Below are positions 20,165 to 29,922 of a stretch of DNA of 48,312 nucleotides, piece after piece. How positions within the stretch are numbered: position 1 is the stretch's first letter; the number at the start of each line of letters is the position of its first letter. Where the stretch lies: contig JAVJWO010000023.1 of NCBI GenBank assembly GCA_040222015.1, positions 1 to 48,312 on the forward strand, written 5' to 3'. The stretch comes from Coleofasciculus chthonoplastes F2-STO-03. GTDB lineage: Bacteria; Cyanobacteriota; Cyanobacteriia; Cyanobacteriales; Coleofasciculaceae. Made by a program: the position numbers and the translations under genes. Below the pieces are notes generated by a model. It was not told the DNA's origin. It saw nothing but the letters and a program-made list of their open reading frames with translations, and ran no database searches.

Positions 20165-21565
20165 TTACGCTTCTTGCAATTTATGGGAGAATCGCAAAAT
20201 AATAAACTCAGCCGGACGAACAGCGGCAATACCAATTTCCACAATTAGGCGACCTTCTAAAATGTCCTGGGTGGTCATACTTTTACCCAAGCCGACATTC
20301 ACAAAAAATGCTTTTTCCGGTGTAGCTCCAGCTAATGCCCCCTGACGCCACAACCCCTCTAAATAGGTTTCAACCATGGTTTTGACTTTCAACCAGGTAA
20401 TGGCGTTGTTCGACTCAAACACGACAAAGGACGTGGATTTCTGAATTGATTCTTCAATCAGATTGAACAAGCGGCGAACTGGGATATAACGCCATTCATT
20501 GTCATTTCCGGCTAAGGTTCTTGCTCCCCAGACTAAGGTTCCTTTCCCAGTAAAACTACGAATCGCGTTGATGGATTTACCACTGGTGGGTTCAATATTC
20601 AGATTTTCCTGTTCCTGGTTATTAATCTTCAGCGTCGGACCAATAACCGAGGCTAAACTAACATTAGCCGGGGCTTTCCAAACACCGCGATCGCGGTCTA
20701 CACTAGCATACACTCCCGCCACCCCTGCACTGGGAGGTAAGACGACTCGTTTTTTCGCCAGTTCTGCCTTAACTCGGTTATAGAATTCAGTTTTTCCTTT
20801 ATTCTCTGTCAGCGTTTTACTATCTGCCATAGTCACGGAATCATCCGTGTAATAGTAATTAATCGAGGTTTGCAAATAGGGATAGTAAGCCGCACCGTAT
20901 TTCAAATCTTCAGTACCGATATTATCTCTGAATGCCTGGACTTCTTCAGCAATTTTTAGGGTTTCTACGCCACCCGCAGGCTCCAAACTATGTTTAACGT
21001 CAAAAATCGCAAACCGATCCTTCAACTCATTACATTGAGCCAACGCCGCTTGACAAAGGTCGTGATAATCCTGCACGGTGGGTAAATTCACCGCATCTGT
21101 GAACAGAATTAAGGTCGGTTCATCTTCTTTTTTTAATGCCTCCAATCCTTTGATAAAATCATCCTTATTTTTCGTCGCCGAATCGCTGTAACTTCCCACA
21201 GAGACGATGTAACAACTTCCCCCCCCATTATCAAAATAGAGGCGCAAGGCATAGTACATGAAATAGTTAACATCAGGGGGATTGAAGGGGGGAATTGGCT
21301 CAGGGGTACTATCAGCAGGAGGAGTATCGGGAGGGGAATCGACCGGAATCGTCAACGGGGTGGCTTCTGCTTTGCCGAACAGCGTTTCATAGTCCAACAT
21401 GGAACTAATCCGAGTCGGCTTATTCGTCAGATCGCCTGGAGTAACGCGATCGGCTTTTTCGGTGTAGCCGATAAACGCGGGAATTGCGGTTGAGACTTCA
21501 GCAACGGAAGGTGGAAAGGTGCTGATTTCTTCAACATATACAGCGGGGGTTTTATAGCTTGTCAT
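20165..21565 (-). CDS. contractile tail sheath protein (Afp2/3/4-like)
   Basis: YKTPAVYVEEI, TAIPAFIGYT, YGAAYYP, RGVWKAPAN, VWGARTL, WRYIPVRR, AAVRPAEFI. Confidence 0.96.
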   Translation of the reverse strand: MTSYKTPAVYVEEISTFPPSVAEVSTAIPAFIGYTEKADRVTPGDLTNKPTRISSMLDYETLFGKAEATPLTIPVDSPPDTPPADSTPEPIPPFNPPDVNYFMYYALRLYFDNGGGSCYIVSVGSYSDSATKNKDDFIKGLEALKKEDEPTLILFTDAVNLPTVQDYHDLCQAALAQCNELKDRFAIFDVKHSLEPAGGVETLKIAEEVQAFRDNIGTEDLKYGAAYYPYLQTSINYYYTDDSVTMADSKTLTENKGKTEFYNRVKAELAKKRVVLPPSAGVAGVYASVDRDRGVWKAPANVSLASVIGPTLKINNQEQENLNIEPTSGKSINAIRSFTGKGTLVWGARTLAGNDNEWRYIPVRRLFNLIEESIQKSTSFVVFESNNAITWLKVKTMVETYLEGLWRQGALAGATPEKAFFVNVGLGKSMTTQDILEGRLIVEIGIAAVRPAEFIILRFSHKLQEA

Positions 21566-21584
21566 TGCTTTATTTTTTCAGAAC

Positions 21585-22457
21585 TTATACGAATTTGAGG
21601 GCATTAATCACTTGAATCCCCGTCCGATTCGGCGGGTTGGGTAAATGGTCAATCCATACAGTAGGCTTGCCTTTTCCATTTTTCTTTTGTTTCAACAGTT
21701 TAATGTTTTTTCGTCCTTTTTCCTGGCAGGTAATTTCTGTTTCTGAACTAAATAAATATAACTGCTTTCCGGAAAATCGCTCAGTAAATACATGATACAA
21801 TTGATCCTGATCTGATTGATTGATTTGATTTTTTGTAAACTTGATTTTTTCGGCTCTGGTATCTGCGGCATCTTCAATCAAAAAAACATCACCATTTGTT
21901 TCGGGTTCAGTGATCAGATAAAAATACCAATGTTGCCGCTTGGATTTCCAGTAAATTTGGTATTCACTGGTCTGAGTTGAACCCTTCTGCACGAATTCTT
22001 TCGGTAAGGATGAATTATTGTAAATGGTGATCACTCCCAAATTATTCCGATCTTGAGGTGGCAGCTTCGGTTCAGTCGTTTTGGGGTCGTATAACGTACT
22101 CTCTAAGGCTGACACACCGATTCCGGTAATCGTTTGATTGCTAAACCAATAAATGTAACGCTCATTCGGTGCTCTAGTAAATTTAGCATTAATATGAGTA
22201 AAGTCAAGAAAGCTAGAATTTTTGATTTTTAAGAGGAAGGTAAATACCAAATCATCGGTCAATTCCAGCCAGGGTTTACCCGTCTCAGTCACGGGGACGA
22301 TAACCTGAATCCCATTCACTTTATTTTTCACCAGCAGGCGATGACTCGCGAGGATTTGACGACATTCTGGAGTCGGCTCAATATTGAGGTCAGGGCAAAC
22401 CTTCTTCTGGTAATAGTCGTGAATAATACTCAATTCAAACAGTCCTTGGTAATTCAT
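21585..22457 (-). CDS. eCIS-associated protein between cap and sheath (putative cap adaptor)
   Basis: LFELSIIHDYY...PT.EC...L N-terminus and HLPNP C-terminus; function inferred from position. Confidence 0.6.
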   Translation of the reverse strand: MNYQGLFELSIIHDYYQKKVCPDLNIEPTPECRQILASHRLLVKNKVNGIQVIVPVTETGKPWLELTDDLVFTFLLKIKNSSFLDFTHINAKFTRAPNERYIYWFSNQTITGIGVSALESTLYDPKTTEPKLPPQDRNNLGVITIYNNSSLPKEFVQKGSTQTSEYQIYWKSKRQHWYFYLITEPETNGDVFLIEDAADTRAEKIKFTKNQINQSDQDQLYHVFTERFSGKQLYLFSSETEITCQEKGRKNIKLLKQKKNGKGKPTVWIDHLPNPPNRTGIQVINALKFV

Positions 22458-22495
22458 TGAAATTATCCATTTATTCGTCGATGTTCACCCCTAAA

Positions 22496-23074
22496 TCACA
22501 TTGAAGCCGGAAATACATCAATATTCGTTATATCAGCGCCAACGTCTAAAGAGTCGATATCCTCAAAGACAATCATCCGAACTTTATAAAGAACAGAAGG
22601 CACATAAGGATTGCCCAAAAGACTCCAAATATCTTTCTCTTCTTCAAAGGGAAGATTAACGAGTTCAAGGGTCAATTTTTGAATATCGGAATTGAGCGCT
22701 GGAGAATTTTGAGATTCAAAGATCCGATGACTGTGAAAAAAGGAAATAACCAGAGATAAAAGCTTTAAACACTGACTGTAGTCGGTAAAGTTGGCGATGA
22801 ACAGGACATAAAGATTCAAATACAACAGATGGGGGAGCAGAGTCTTAGTCGGTAGGGCAGTGATGTCCCGTTGATGTTGATAAGCAGCTCCAGAGCGAAA
22901 GGTTCGCTCTTCTTCGATATTTACCAGTACAGCCGAGAGTGCTTCTTTCGGCAAGGTAATCTCTCTGGGCGTCCTTTCCTGCACAAAGACAACCTCGAAG
23001 CCTTCCACCCCAGTTTTGACTTTGAGGTAGCTATTGAGTTGATCTTTAAGGAAGGTGAAAACATGATCAATCAT
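22496..23074 (-). CDS. DUF4255/Afp16-like tail terminator (cap)
   Basis: LVNIEEE, LNLYVLF.ANF.DY, IWS.LG..Y.PSVLYKVR; first gene of the operon. Confidence 0.88.
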   Translation of the reverse strand: MIDHVFTFLKDQLNSYLKVKTGVEGFEVVFVQERTPREITLPKEALSAVLVNIEEERTFRSGAAYQHQRDITALPTKTLLPHLLYLNLYVLFIANFTDYSQCLKLLSLVISFFHSHRIFESQNSPALNSDIQKLTLELVNLPFEEEKDIWSLLGNPYVPSVLYKVRMIVFEDIDSLDVGADITNIDVFPASM

Positions 23075-23145
23075 TGAAATACTGTCTCAGTAAACGTTTC
23101 TCTTTCGGAGTCGTGTTGCTGAATCAGCTGTGTTATATACAAGTA

Positions 23146-23203
23146 CCGAAACCCAACGCCATCGCCAGCTTGTTGGGTTTCGCTGTCGCTCTACCCAACC
23201 TAC
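23146..23203. repeat. GTAGGTTGGG-type dispersed repeat upstream of the eCIS operon
   Basis: CGAAACCCAAC...GTTGGGTTTCG...CCCAACCTAC; half-copy at 7175-7204. Confidence 0.7.
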
Positions 23204-23619
23204 AATAATATGTGTGCCAAACTGACATACTCCTCTTGATCTACCCCTGCTAATCGCTGATATTTTCCAAAAAATATCGGGTGCGCCCAAAAGCTTTTGA
23301 GTTTTAAACGGATTAAAAATAGAATGACATAAACAAGGAGAAAATAAAACCATTTTCACAAAACTTAATTTATAAATTCTGTCCAAATCAGTTGTGAAAT
23401 GGCAATCCTTGCTGGATAAGCTTTTCGGACTCATTTTTGTTCACAAATCATTTAGACTGCCGAGAATCTCAAACTACAACCAACTGCTTATAGAAACTTT
23501 TCAGTGCGATCGCGCTGTTGTTTCTGGCTTTTCATAAGTTGCTGAATTTGTCAAGATGGTGGTGATAGTAATTTTCCGGTTCCGGGGTGGCACAGTATCA
23601 AGTGCCAACTGTGTGAGAT

Positions 23620-24768
23620 TTGCCCAAGGAGAAAGTGAAAACCGACACCATTTTTTATAGCCTGTTTAAAGGGTTTCCCAGTATCTTCTTTGAACTAATT
23701 AACCAGCCCAGAGAACAAGCCGAAACCTATGAATTCACATCTCGTGAAATCAAGCAACTGGCGTTTCGACTAGATGGGTTATTTTTTCCCAAGGATGAAA
23801 CAAGAGAACAACCGTTCTATGTTGTCGAGGTTCAGTTCCAACCTGACGAGGATTTATACTATCGTTTATTCGCTGAACTCTTTCTCTACTTGAGACAGGA
23901 TAAACCCTCTTGTCCTTGGCGGGTTGTGGTTATTTATCCGACTCGCCGGATTGAGAGAGAACAACCGTTACAATTTCGGGAACTGTTCACCAGATTGCAA
24001 CGGGTATACTTGGATGAGTTAGGAGATGATGCATCAGATTCCCTGGGGGTTAATGTTGTTAAGCTAGTGATTGAGAATGAACAGACAGCCCCAGAACGGG
24101 CAAGGCGCTTGATTGAACAAGCCCAAGCTCAGCTAGTTGATCAGAAAACTAAACGTGGACTGATTGATTTAATAGAAACCATCATTGTTTACAAATTACC
24201 GCAAAAAAGTAGGAAGGAGATAGAAGCGATGTTAGGGTTAAGTGAACTTAAACAAACTAAGGTTTATCAAGAAGCGAAGCAAGAAGGTTTACAGGAAGGC
24301 AGACAAGAAGGTTTACAGGAAGGCAAACAGAAAGGTCAACTCAAAGCCAAGTTAGAAGCGATACCTCGCATGATGCAGTTAGGTTTGAGTTGGGAGATGA
24401 TTGCGGAGGGATTGGATTTACCTGGGGAAGTGGTTCAACAAGCTATGCAGTCCTTCTCTGGACAGAATGTTCTGGCTTTTATTGAACTTTTACAGGAGCA
24501 ACGAGAGCTTTTTTCGGCTCAAGATTTGGTGGATTTGGCTGAGTTAATTAAAGCGTTACCGGATCAGGTGGAAGACTTATCGAATGCGATCGCACTATGG
24601 TGTAAGCAGGATGGACATTCCCCACAGCGTCAGGCTTGGCGTGATGTTGTATCGGGTAAGGTGGCGGCTACTGTGGAGGAATGGTTGGCGACGAATCTTG
24701 CATCCCTGGAAACTGTTGAGTCTTCTGTTCATAAAGCGACGCTGCAACAGGCGATTGAGCATTGGTGA
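23620..24768 (+). CDS. Rpn family recombination-promoting nuclease / DUF2887 PD-(D/E)XK protein
   Basis: KTDTIFY.LF, EIKQLAFRLDG.F.P, VEVQFQPD, LKQTKVYQEA and QEG repeats; start may be GTG at 23635. Confidence 0.88.
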   Translation: MPKEKVKTDTIFYSLFKGFPSIFFELINQPREQAETYEFTSREIKQLAFRLDGLFFPKDETREQPFYVVEVQFQPDEDLYYRLFAELFLYLRQDKPSCPWRVVVIYPTRRIEREQPLQFRELFTRLQRVYLDELGDDASDSLGVNVVKLVIENEQTAPERARRLIEQAQAQLVDQKTKRGLIDLIETIIVYKLPQKSRKEIEAMLGLSELKQTKVYQEAKQEGLQEGRQEGLQEGKQKGQLKAKLEAIPRMMQLGLSWEMIAEGLDLPGEVVQQAMQSFSGQNVLAFIELLQEQRELFSAQDLVDLAELIKALPDQVEDLSNAIALWCKQDGHSPQRQAWRDVVSGKVAATVEEWLATNLASLETVESSVHKATLQQAIEHW

Positions 24769-25079
24769 CAAGTTAAGGCTGTGTGCCAATAGTCAAGGGG
24801 GTGCGATCGCATTACTTCGTCCTAATTCTGAGGCGGCGCGAGTTGTGTCTATGCTTGAGGGGAAACCATCTCAGGGTCATCAAAGTGTTAGCGCCAGTCT
24901 CTGTGAGATGATTAGGATTGCGGATGAGGAAGAACTGGAAACCGCTATGCTGCTTTCTTGTCCGTCGTATGGAGAGGGCATCAAACAGAGGTTGAACGGG
25001 TTAAATCGACTTTTTGACTCCCGAACAGCGGGTTACATCTGAATTAAAATGACTGGAAAGTAGGAGGACAAGCAAGCCG

Positions 25080-25325
25080 ATGAGTTTAGTTATTTCTGAT
25101 GAAATTATTAGAGCAAGTGGATTATCTGAACCTGATTTCCTCTTAGAAATTGTTCTGCTGCTATTTAAGCAGAAAAAAATCAGTCTGGCTAAGGCAAGTC
25201 ATTTGCTAGGGATGTCCCGGATTCGGTTTCAGCACGAATTAGCGTCTCGTCAGATTCCGATTCACTATGATGTGGAGGATTTTGAGACAGATTTAAGCAA
25301 TTTACGAGCAGCCGGACGATTGTGA
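25080..25325 (+). CDS. UPF0175 family HTH putative antitoxin
   Basis: KISLAKASHLLGMSRIRFQHELASRQIPIHYDVEDFETD; AGGAGG RBS. Confidence 0.85.
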   Translation: MSLVISDEIIRASGLSEPDFLLEIVLLLFKQKKISLAKASHLLGMSRIRFQHELASRQIPIHYDVEDFETDLSNLRAAGRL

Positions 25326-25387
25326 TTGTTATTAGTGATACGTCTCCTATTACTAATCTGGCGGCTGTCGGACATTTGTCTTTATAG
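25322..25387 (+). pseudogene. truncated DUF3368-like PIN toxin
   Basis: GTGA overlap with the UPF0175 stop; MIVISDTSPITNLAAVGHLSL then TAG after 21 codons. Confidence 0.75.
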
Positions 25388-25517
25388 CAAGAAATATTCT
25401 GATTTTGGCGGTAGGGCATTCCGTCAGCAGTAAAGCTTACCGAGTAACCGAGGCGTTAGCTGGTGTTGGTAAGAAGCCCGTGTTGTTCCGTTAGGGCAAC
25501 GTCGGGAGTATGTCACA
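25387..25517 (+). mobile_element. IS200/IS605 (TnpB) 3'-end remnant
   Basis: Reads ARNILILAVGHSV (TnpB C-terminal pattern), followed by GAAGCCCGTGTTG...CAACGTCGGGAGTATGTCA, a hairpin like cyanobacterial IS605 right ends. Confidence 0.6.
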
Positions 25518-25529
25518 AATACGGGTAGT

Positions 25530-26240
25530 TCACGTCCATCCTCTCGTTTCTTCATCACTCAGCAATCGCTTTAACTTGAAACATTCCCGTTGCGCCCCTT
25601 GCAGCAAATGTTTCATCATCACGGATTCATTGGCATCAGCCGCTATAAATGCCGCATTTAGGGCAATATTGCGGATGTTGCCTCCGGGAAGATTGAGTTG
25701 TCCCAGTTTCTGGTAATCTAGCCCTTGAGTCGGAGTCTGTGGGGGAAAAATACGCCGCCAAATCTCGCTGCGGGAGGCGGCATCGGGGAGGGGAAACTGC
25801 ACCACAAACCGAATCCGGCGCATAAAGGCAGTATCAATATCTTCTTTCCGGTTGGAGGTGAGGATGGCAAGTCCCTGATAGGCTTCCATCCGTTGTAACA
25901 AATAACTAATCTCCACATTCGCGTAGCGGTCATGGCTATCTTTGACCTCGGTGCGTTTGCCAAAAATTGCATCCGCTTCATCGAAGAGTAAAATTGCCCC
26001 GCCGGTTTCAGCGGCATCAAAGATACGCTGTAGGTTTTTTTCAGTCTCGCCAATATATTTACTCACCACTGCCGAGAGGTCAATGCGGTAGAGGTCAAGA
26101 TGAAAGAGATTAGCTAGGACTTCTGCTGCCATGGTTTTCCCCGTGCCGCTTTGACCGTAAAATAGGGCGCTGATCCCTAAGCCACGACTTCCTTTACCCG
26201 CAAAACCCCACTCTTGGTAAACTTTGGCACGGTGTTTCAG
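25530..26240 (-). pseudogene. 5'-truncated duplicate of the AAA+ ATPase at 27657-29609
   Basis: Near-identical DNA to ~27660-28368; in-frame stop just upstream of the duplicated segment; first ATG lies after Walker A. Confidence 0.8.
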
Positions 26241-26678
26241 ATCGGTGGTAACAATTAACGTGAACGGTGGAGATCGTCATTTGTCATTTGTCATTTGTCA
26301 TTCGTCATTCATCCTTTGTAAGGGTTTGAGGCTTGTTTACAAAACAAGCGTGGGCGTGTTGTTTTCTTTTGTCCGACTACTTAATCGTGCTGTCCGTCTG
26401 AACTTAATACATTTTCCTGTTGCCTATCTCGTTGGAGCGCTTTGGCGAATACGGGAAAATTGGAGCAAAATTTACGTTTCCTTTTTAAAAAGACCGTTTT
26501 CCATGAAGATTATGTAAAATCACTATAGTTCATCTTGCGTCCCCTTGTGTTGGTCTGCTTTAGTAGTAAGTGTAGAAACTGAGATTCCGATTTCTGCATT
26601 GATGATGAGCACCTCATCAGCAGAGCGATCGCCATCCACGTAACTTGCTGTCTACCTTACCGAAAGAAGGATTTCACA

Positions 26679-27335
26679 ATGACAAAAGCTAAACTTTTCC
26701 TCGCAGTCTCCTTAGTCAGCGCATCCCTGAGCGCATCTCCCGCCTCTGCCAACCTCATCTTGGACGTGGGGCCAGGAGGAGTGCCATTACCCTGTAATAA
26801 CTGCGGTAACATTAGCGGTCAAACATTCGGCTGGTCCTTTGAAGTAACCAGCCCCATCAAGGTCGATGGGATTGGAGCCTGGGACTTCGGTGCAGATGGA
26901 ATTGGCCCCGCTCTCGAAGCTGGACTCTGGGATGACAGTGGGTCGTTACTGGGGTCTGCAACGATCTCCGACGCTAGCTCGCCCGAACCTTCTAATGGTA
27001 ATGGTGAATGGCTATTTGAGGATATTACTATGCAAACGCTCCTGCCGGGGATTTATTTTACCGGCCTCACGTTTTTCGATTCAACACCCTTGGCTCAGTT
27101 TGGCACAGCGTTCACGACTATCCCTGAAGTGACCTATCTTAATGCCACCGTAAGTAATGCAGGTCCTAACTCAGGTCTCGTTGTCCCAGACAGTCCTTTC
27201 AACACCGACGGAGTTTTTGGGTCAACTCTCCGCGTTGCTCAAGTCTCCGTACCTGAACCCGCTTCTGTACTCAGTCTCCTCACCCTCGGCACCCTCGGCG
27301 CAGTCTCAACCCTCAAACGCCAACTGAAAAAGTAG
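26679..27335 (+). CDS. PEP-CTERM sorting domain surface protein
   Basis: Signal peptide ending ASPASA; C-terminal VPEPASVLSLLTLGTLGAVSTLKRQLKK. Confidence 0.9.
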   Translation: MTKAKLFLAVSLVSASLSASPASANLILDVGPGGVPLPCNNCGNISGQTFGWSFEVTSPIKVDGIGAWDFGADGIGPALEAGLWDDSGSLLGSATISDASSPEPSNGNGEWLFEDITMQTLLPGIYFTGLTFFDSTPLAQFGTAFTTIPEVTYLNATVSNAGPNSGLVVPDSPFNTDGVFGSTLRVAQVSVPEPASVLSLLTLGTLGAVSTLKRQLKK

Positions 27336-27656
27336 TTTCCTCGACTGCCCGTAACCGTGTAGACTGAACTTGTAGAAACTTATGGGTTCAGTCTTTCAAC
27401 TCGTCTCCCCAAATAGGCTGATTGCTTATAGGGAGCCTCTAAGTCTAAGGCTGATGTTTTTGAAGTATAACTTTCCTCTTGAATGACTACCTTGATGCCT
27501 ATTAATTCACACTTATAGGTAATCTGGTCGATTAACTTAGCATGAGGAATATTCACAAACTTTTGATTATGACCTTTGCCCAGATTAACCTCTTGTTTCC
27601 AGCCTTCATTTACAATTTTCTACAATTTTGCCCGCAACAGTTCAAAACCCTTCAGC

Positions 27657-29609
27657 TTAAGTCCATCCTCTGGTTTCTTCATCACTCAGCAATCGCTTTA
27701 ACTTGAAACATTCCCGTTGCGCCCCTTGCAGCAGATGTTTCATCATCACGGATTCGTTCCCATCAGCCGCTAGAAACGCCGCATTCAGGGCAATATTGCG
27801 GATGTTGCCTCCGGGAAGATTGAGTTGTCCAAGTTTCTGGTAATCTAGCCCCTGGGTCGGAGTTTGTGGGGGGAAGATACGCCGCCAAATCTCGCTGCGG
27901 GAGGCGGCATCGGGGAGGGGAAACTGCACCACAAACCGAATCCGGCGCATAAAGGCAGTATCGATATCTTCTTTCCGGTTGGAGGTAAGGATGGCAAGTC
28001 CCTGATAGGCTTCCATCCGTTGTAACAAATAACTAATCTCCACATTCGCGTAGCGGTCATGGCTATCTTTAACCTCGGTGCGTTTGCCAAAAATCGCATC
28101 CGCTTCATCAAAGAGTAAAATTGCCCCTCCAGTTTCAGCAGCATCAAAGATACGCTGTAGGTTTTTTTCCGTCTCGCCAATATATTTACTCACCACTGCC
28201 GAGAGGTCAATGCGGTAGAGGTCAAGATGAAAGAGATTAGCTAGGACTTCTGCTGCCATGGTTTTCCCCGTGCCGCTTTGACCGTAAAATAGGGCACTGA
28301 TCCCTAAGCCGCGACTCCCTTTACCCGCAAAACCCCAATCTTGGTAAACTTTTGCCCGGTGTTTCAGGTGGGTGGCGATATCCGCCAGAATCTGGCGCTG
28401 TTGTTCAGGAATCACTAAATCGTCCCAGACGGCAGTAGAGTTGAGGCGTTGAGCTAAGTCATCTAGGCGAGGGCGGGCTTGGCGACGGCAGTAATCCCAT
28501 AATAGGTTCGGGTTTGCAGGGGTTTGCCCATTTTCCGCGACTGAGGCGGCAATTTTATAGCGATCGCTGGCAGCTTGAATGGAGGATGAGCTGAGGTTAA
28601 ACTGAGAGGCAAGCTGATCTAGATGTCCGTTGAGGTGGTTGCTGTAAGCACCCAGATGAGTTGACCAGATCACCCGCTGTTCTTGTGAACTGAGGGGGGG
28701 AACATCAAAGCAGTGAACTGGATAGAGTTTAGTTTTGATCCGTTCTCTGCCACTCAATAGAACTGGAGTCCGCAGATTTTCCACAAATGTAGACACAGAT
28801 GAGGAATCATTGTCCGAGAGATGATCACAATCGAGCAGCAGAAAGCTATCGGTTAGCCAAGCTTCTCGTTCCCAGCGTTGTTTGATAGTCAGCAGTTCCT
28901 GGGTTTGGCAGGGAAGGGAATCCGCCGACATGACGTGTAAGCTATAGCCTAAGCGAGTGGCAATTTCTAACGCCATGCGATAGTTGGCGGACAATTCCCC
29001 ACCTGAGAGTTGCAACACAGAAGTGTCGGGGGAGGATTCTGAGATGCTGGCGACTAATTGCTCGACAATCTGTTCTTGAGCGGGAGAGAGAACCAGAGTC
29101 GCTATACCAGTCGGTACTGTACTGACGATACCTGCCAATTTCTGATCATCGGCGTCTTCGCCTAAGAGATAACAGAGAATGCGCTGATCTAGAGCAATGC
29201 GAGACAGAGAAGCTGGATAACTGGCAGATAATTCAATTAATTGCCAGGAATGTAAGGGGGAAAGAGGCGACAAGACTGACCAACTGGCTTCTGGTAACGA
29301 GGAAAGACAAAACGCCAGCGTGGGATAATTTTTTTGAGCATCGCCATGAACTTTGGCAAATAATTCGGCAAAAGAAGGCTCGATTTCAAATCCCAGACAC
29401 AGAAGCAGGACATCCCGTTCAAATGAGGAGAGCGCGAAGCGTTGACACAGTACATCTAGGGTATAGGATGGTGAAAAAGGTTTGGGTTCGAGTGGGGGCT
29501 GCTCTGTGCCTTCAAGGGTATTTTCTAGATATTGACGGATACGCTCAAGGTCATGGAGCAGATTGTTAAAGTTTTCCAGTCGCCAGAGTGACATTAGGGA
29601 TGTTTCCAT
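27657..29609 (-). CDS. AAA+ ATPase (Afp15-like, eCIS-associated)
   Basis: WDDLVIP, Walker A GQSGTGKT, SKYIGETEKNL, Walker B LLFDEADAIFGKR, DRYAN.E.SYLLQRME. Confidence 0.9.
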   Translation of the reverse strand: METSLMSLWRLENFNNLLHDLERIRQYLENTLEGTEQPPLEPKPFSPSYTLDVLCQRFALSSFERDVLLLCLGFEIEPSFAELFAKVHGDAQKNYPTLAFCLSSLPEASWSVLSPLSPLHSWQLIELSASYPASLSRIALDQRILCYLLGEDADDQKLAGIVSTVPTGIATLVLSPAQEQIVEQLVASISESSPDTSVLQLSGGELSANYRMALEIATRLGYSLHVMSADSLPCQTQELLTIKQRWEREAWLTDSFLLLDCDHLSDNDSSSVSTFVENLRTPVLLSGRERIKTKLYPVHCFDVPPLSSQEQRVIWSTHLGAYSNHLNGHLDQLASQFNLSSSSIQAASDRYKIAASVAENGQTPANPNLLWDYCRRQARPRLDDLAQRLNSTAVWDDLVIPEQQRQILADIATHLKHRAKVYQDWGFAGKGSRGLGISALFYGQSGTGKTMAAEVLANLFHLDLYRIDLSAVVSKYIGETEKNLQRIFDAAETGGAILLFDEADAIFGKRTEVKDSHDRYANVEISYLLQRMEAYQGLAILTSNRKEDIDTAFMRRIRFVVQFPLPDAASRSEIWRRIFPPQTPTQGLDYQKLGQLNLPGGNIRNIALNAAFLAADGNESVMMKHLLQGAQRECFKLKRLLSDEETRGWT

Positions 29610-29788
29610 AGATAAGTAGGTGGGAACAATTAAAGTGAATGGTGGGGATCGTCATTCGTCATTCGTCATTCGTCATTCGTCATTTGTCATTCGTCATTCG
29701 TCATTCATAATACTCGTTTAGCGAGAAGCAGGCTACGTCCTTGGTAAAGATTTGAGGAGTGTTGAGAACATTTAACTTCGTCGAGTTT

Positions 29789-29891
29789 ATAGCGTTTTCA
29801 TTTGAGTTGTGAACCCCACCCCTGCCCTCCCCTTAGCAAGGGGAGGGTTTGGGAGGGGTAAGATTTTCACTTTTCACTTGGAAATGCTATA
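29789..29891. repeat. MITE-like element (ATAGC...GCTAT ends) enclosing a C/G-rich hairpin repeat
   Basis: ATAGCGTTTTCA...GGAAATGCTAT ends; internal CCCTCCCCTT-AGC-AAGGGGAGGG; related hairpin at ~48090-48143. Confidence 0.55.
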
Positions 29892-29922
29892 TTTCCACCA
29901 AATTACTTAAGGTAGATGATAC

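Noticed and set aside
16648..21565. Sheath/tube/VgrG genes as a prophage or canonical T6SS
   Set aside because: No capsid, terminase, portal or integrase, and no TssJLM membrane complex or ClpV; DUF4255, Afp7, Afp11 and Afp15 point to eCIS
23087..23434. 115-aa ORF upstream of the eCIS cap gene
   Set aside because: It reads through a dispersed repeat (VGWVERQRNPT) and AT-rich promoter-like DNA; likely spurious
23436..23458. TTCACAAATCATTTA shared with the duplicated upstream cassettes (~32193, ~34121) as an eCIS regulon operator
   Set aside because: It resembles the end of a common cyanobacterial miniature repeat and is in opposite orientation relative to the genes; specificity cannot be supported without a genome-wide count
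24584..25042. 152-aa ORF overlapping the Rpn gene 3' end
   Set aside because: Large out-of-frame overlap and no recognisable motif; at most a gene remnant
29650..29707. (GTCATTC)n array as a possible CRISPR array
   Set aside because: Contiguous heptamers without spacers; a typical cyanobacterial STRR, and no cas genes in the window
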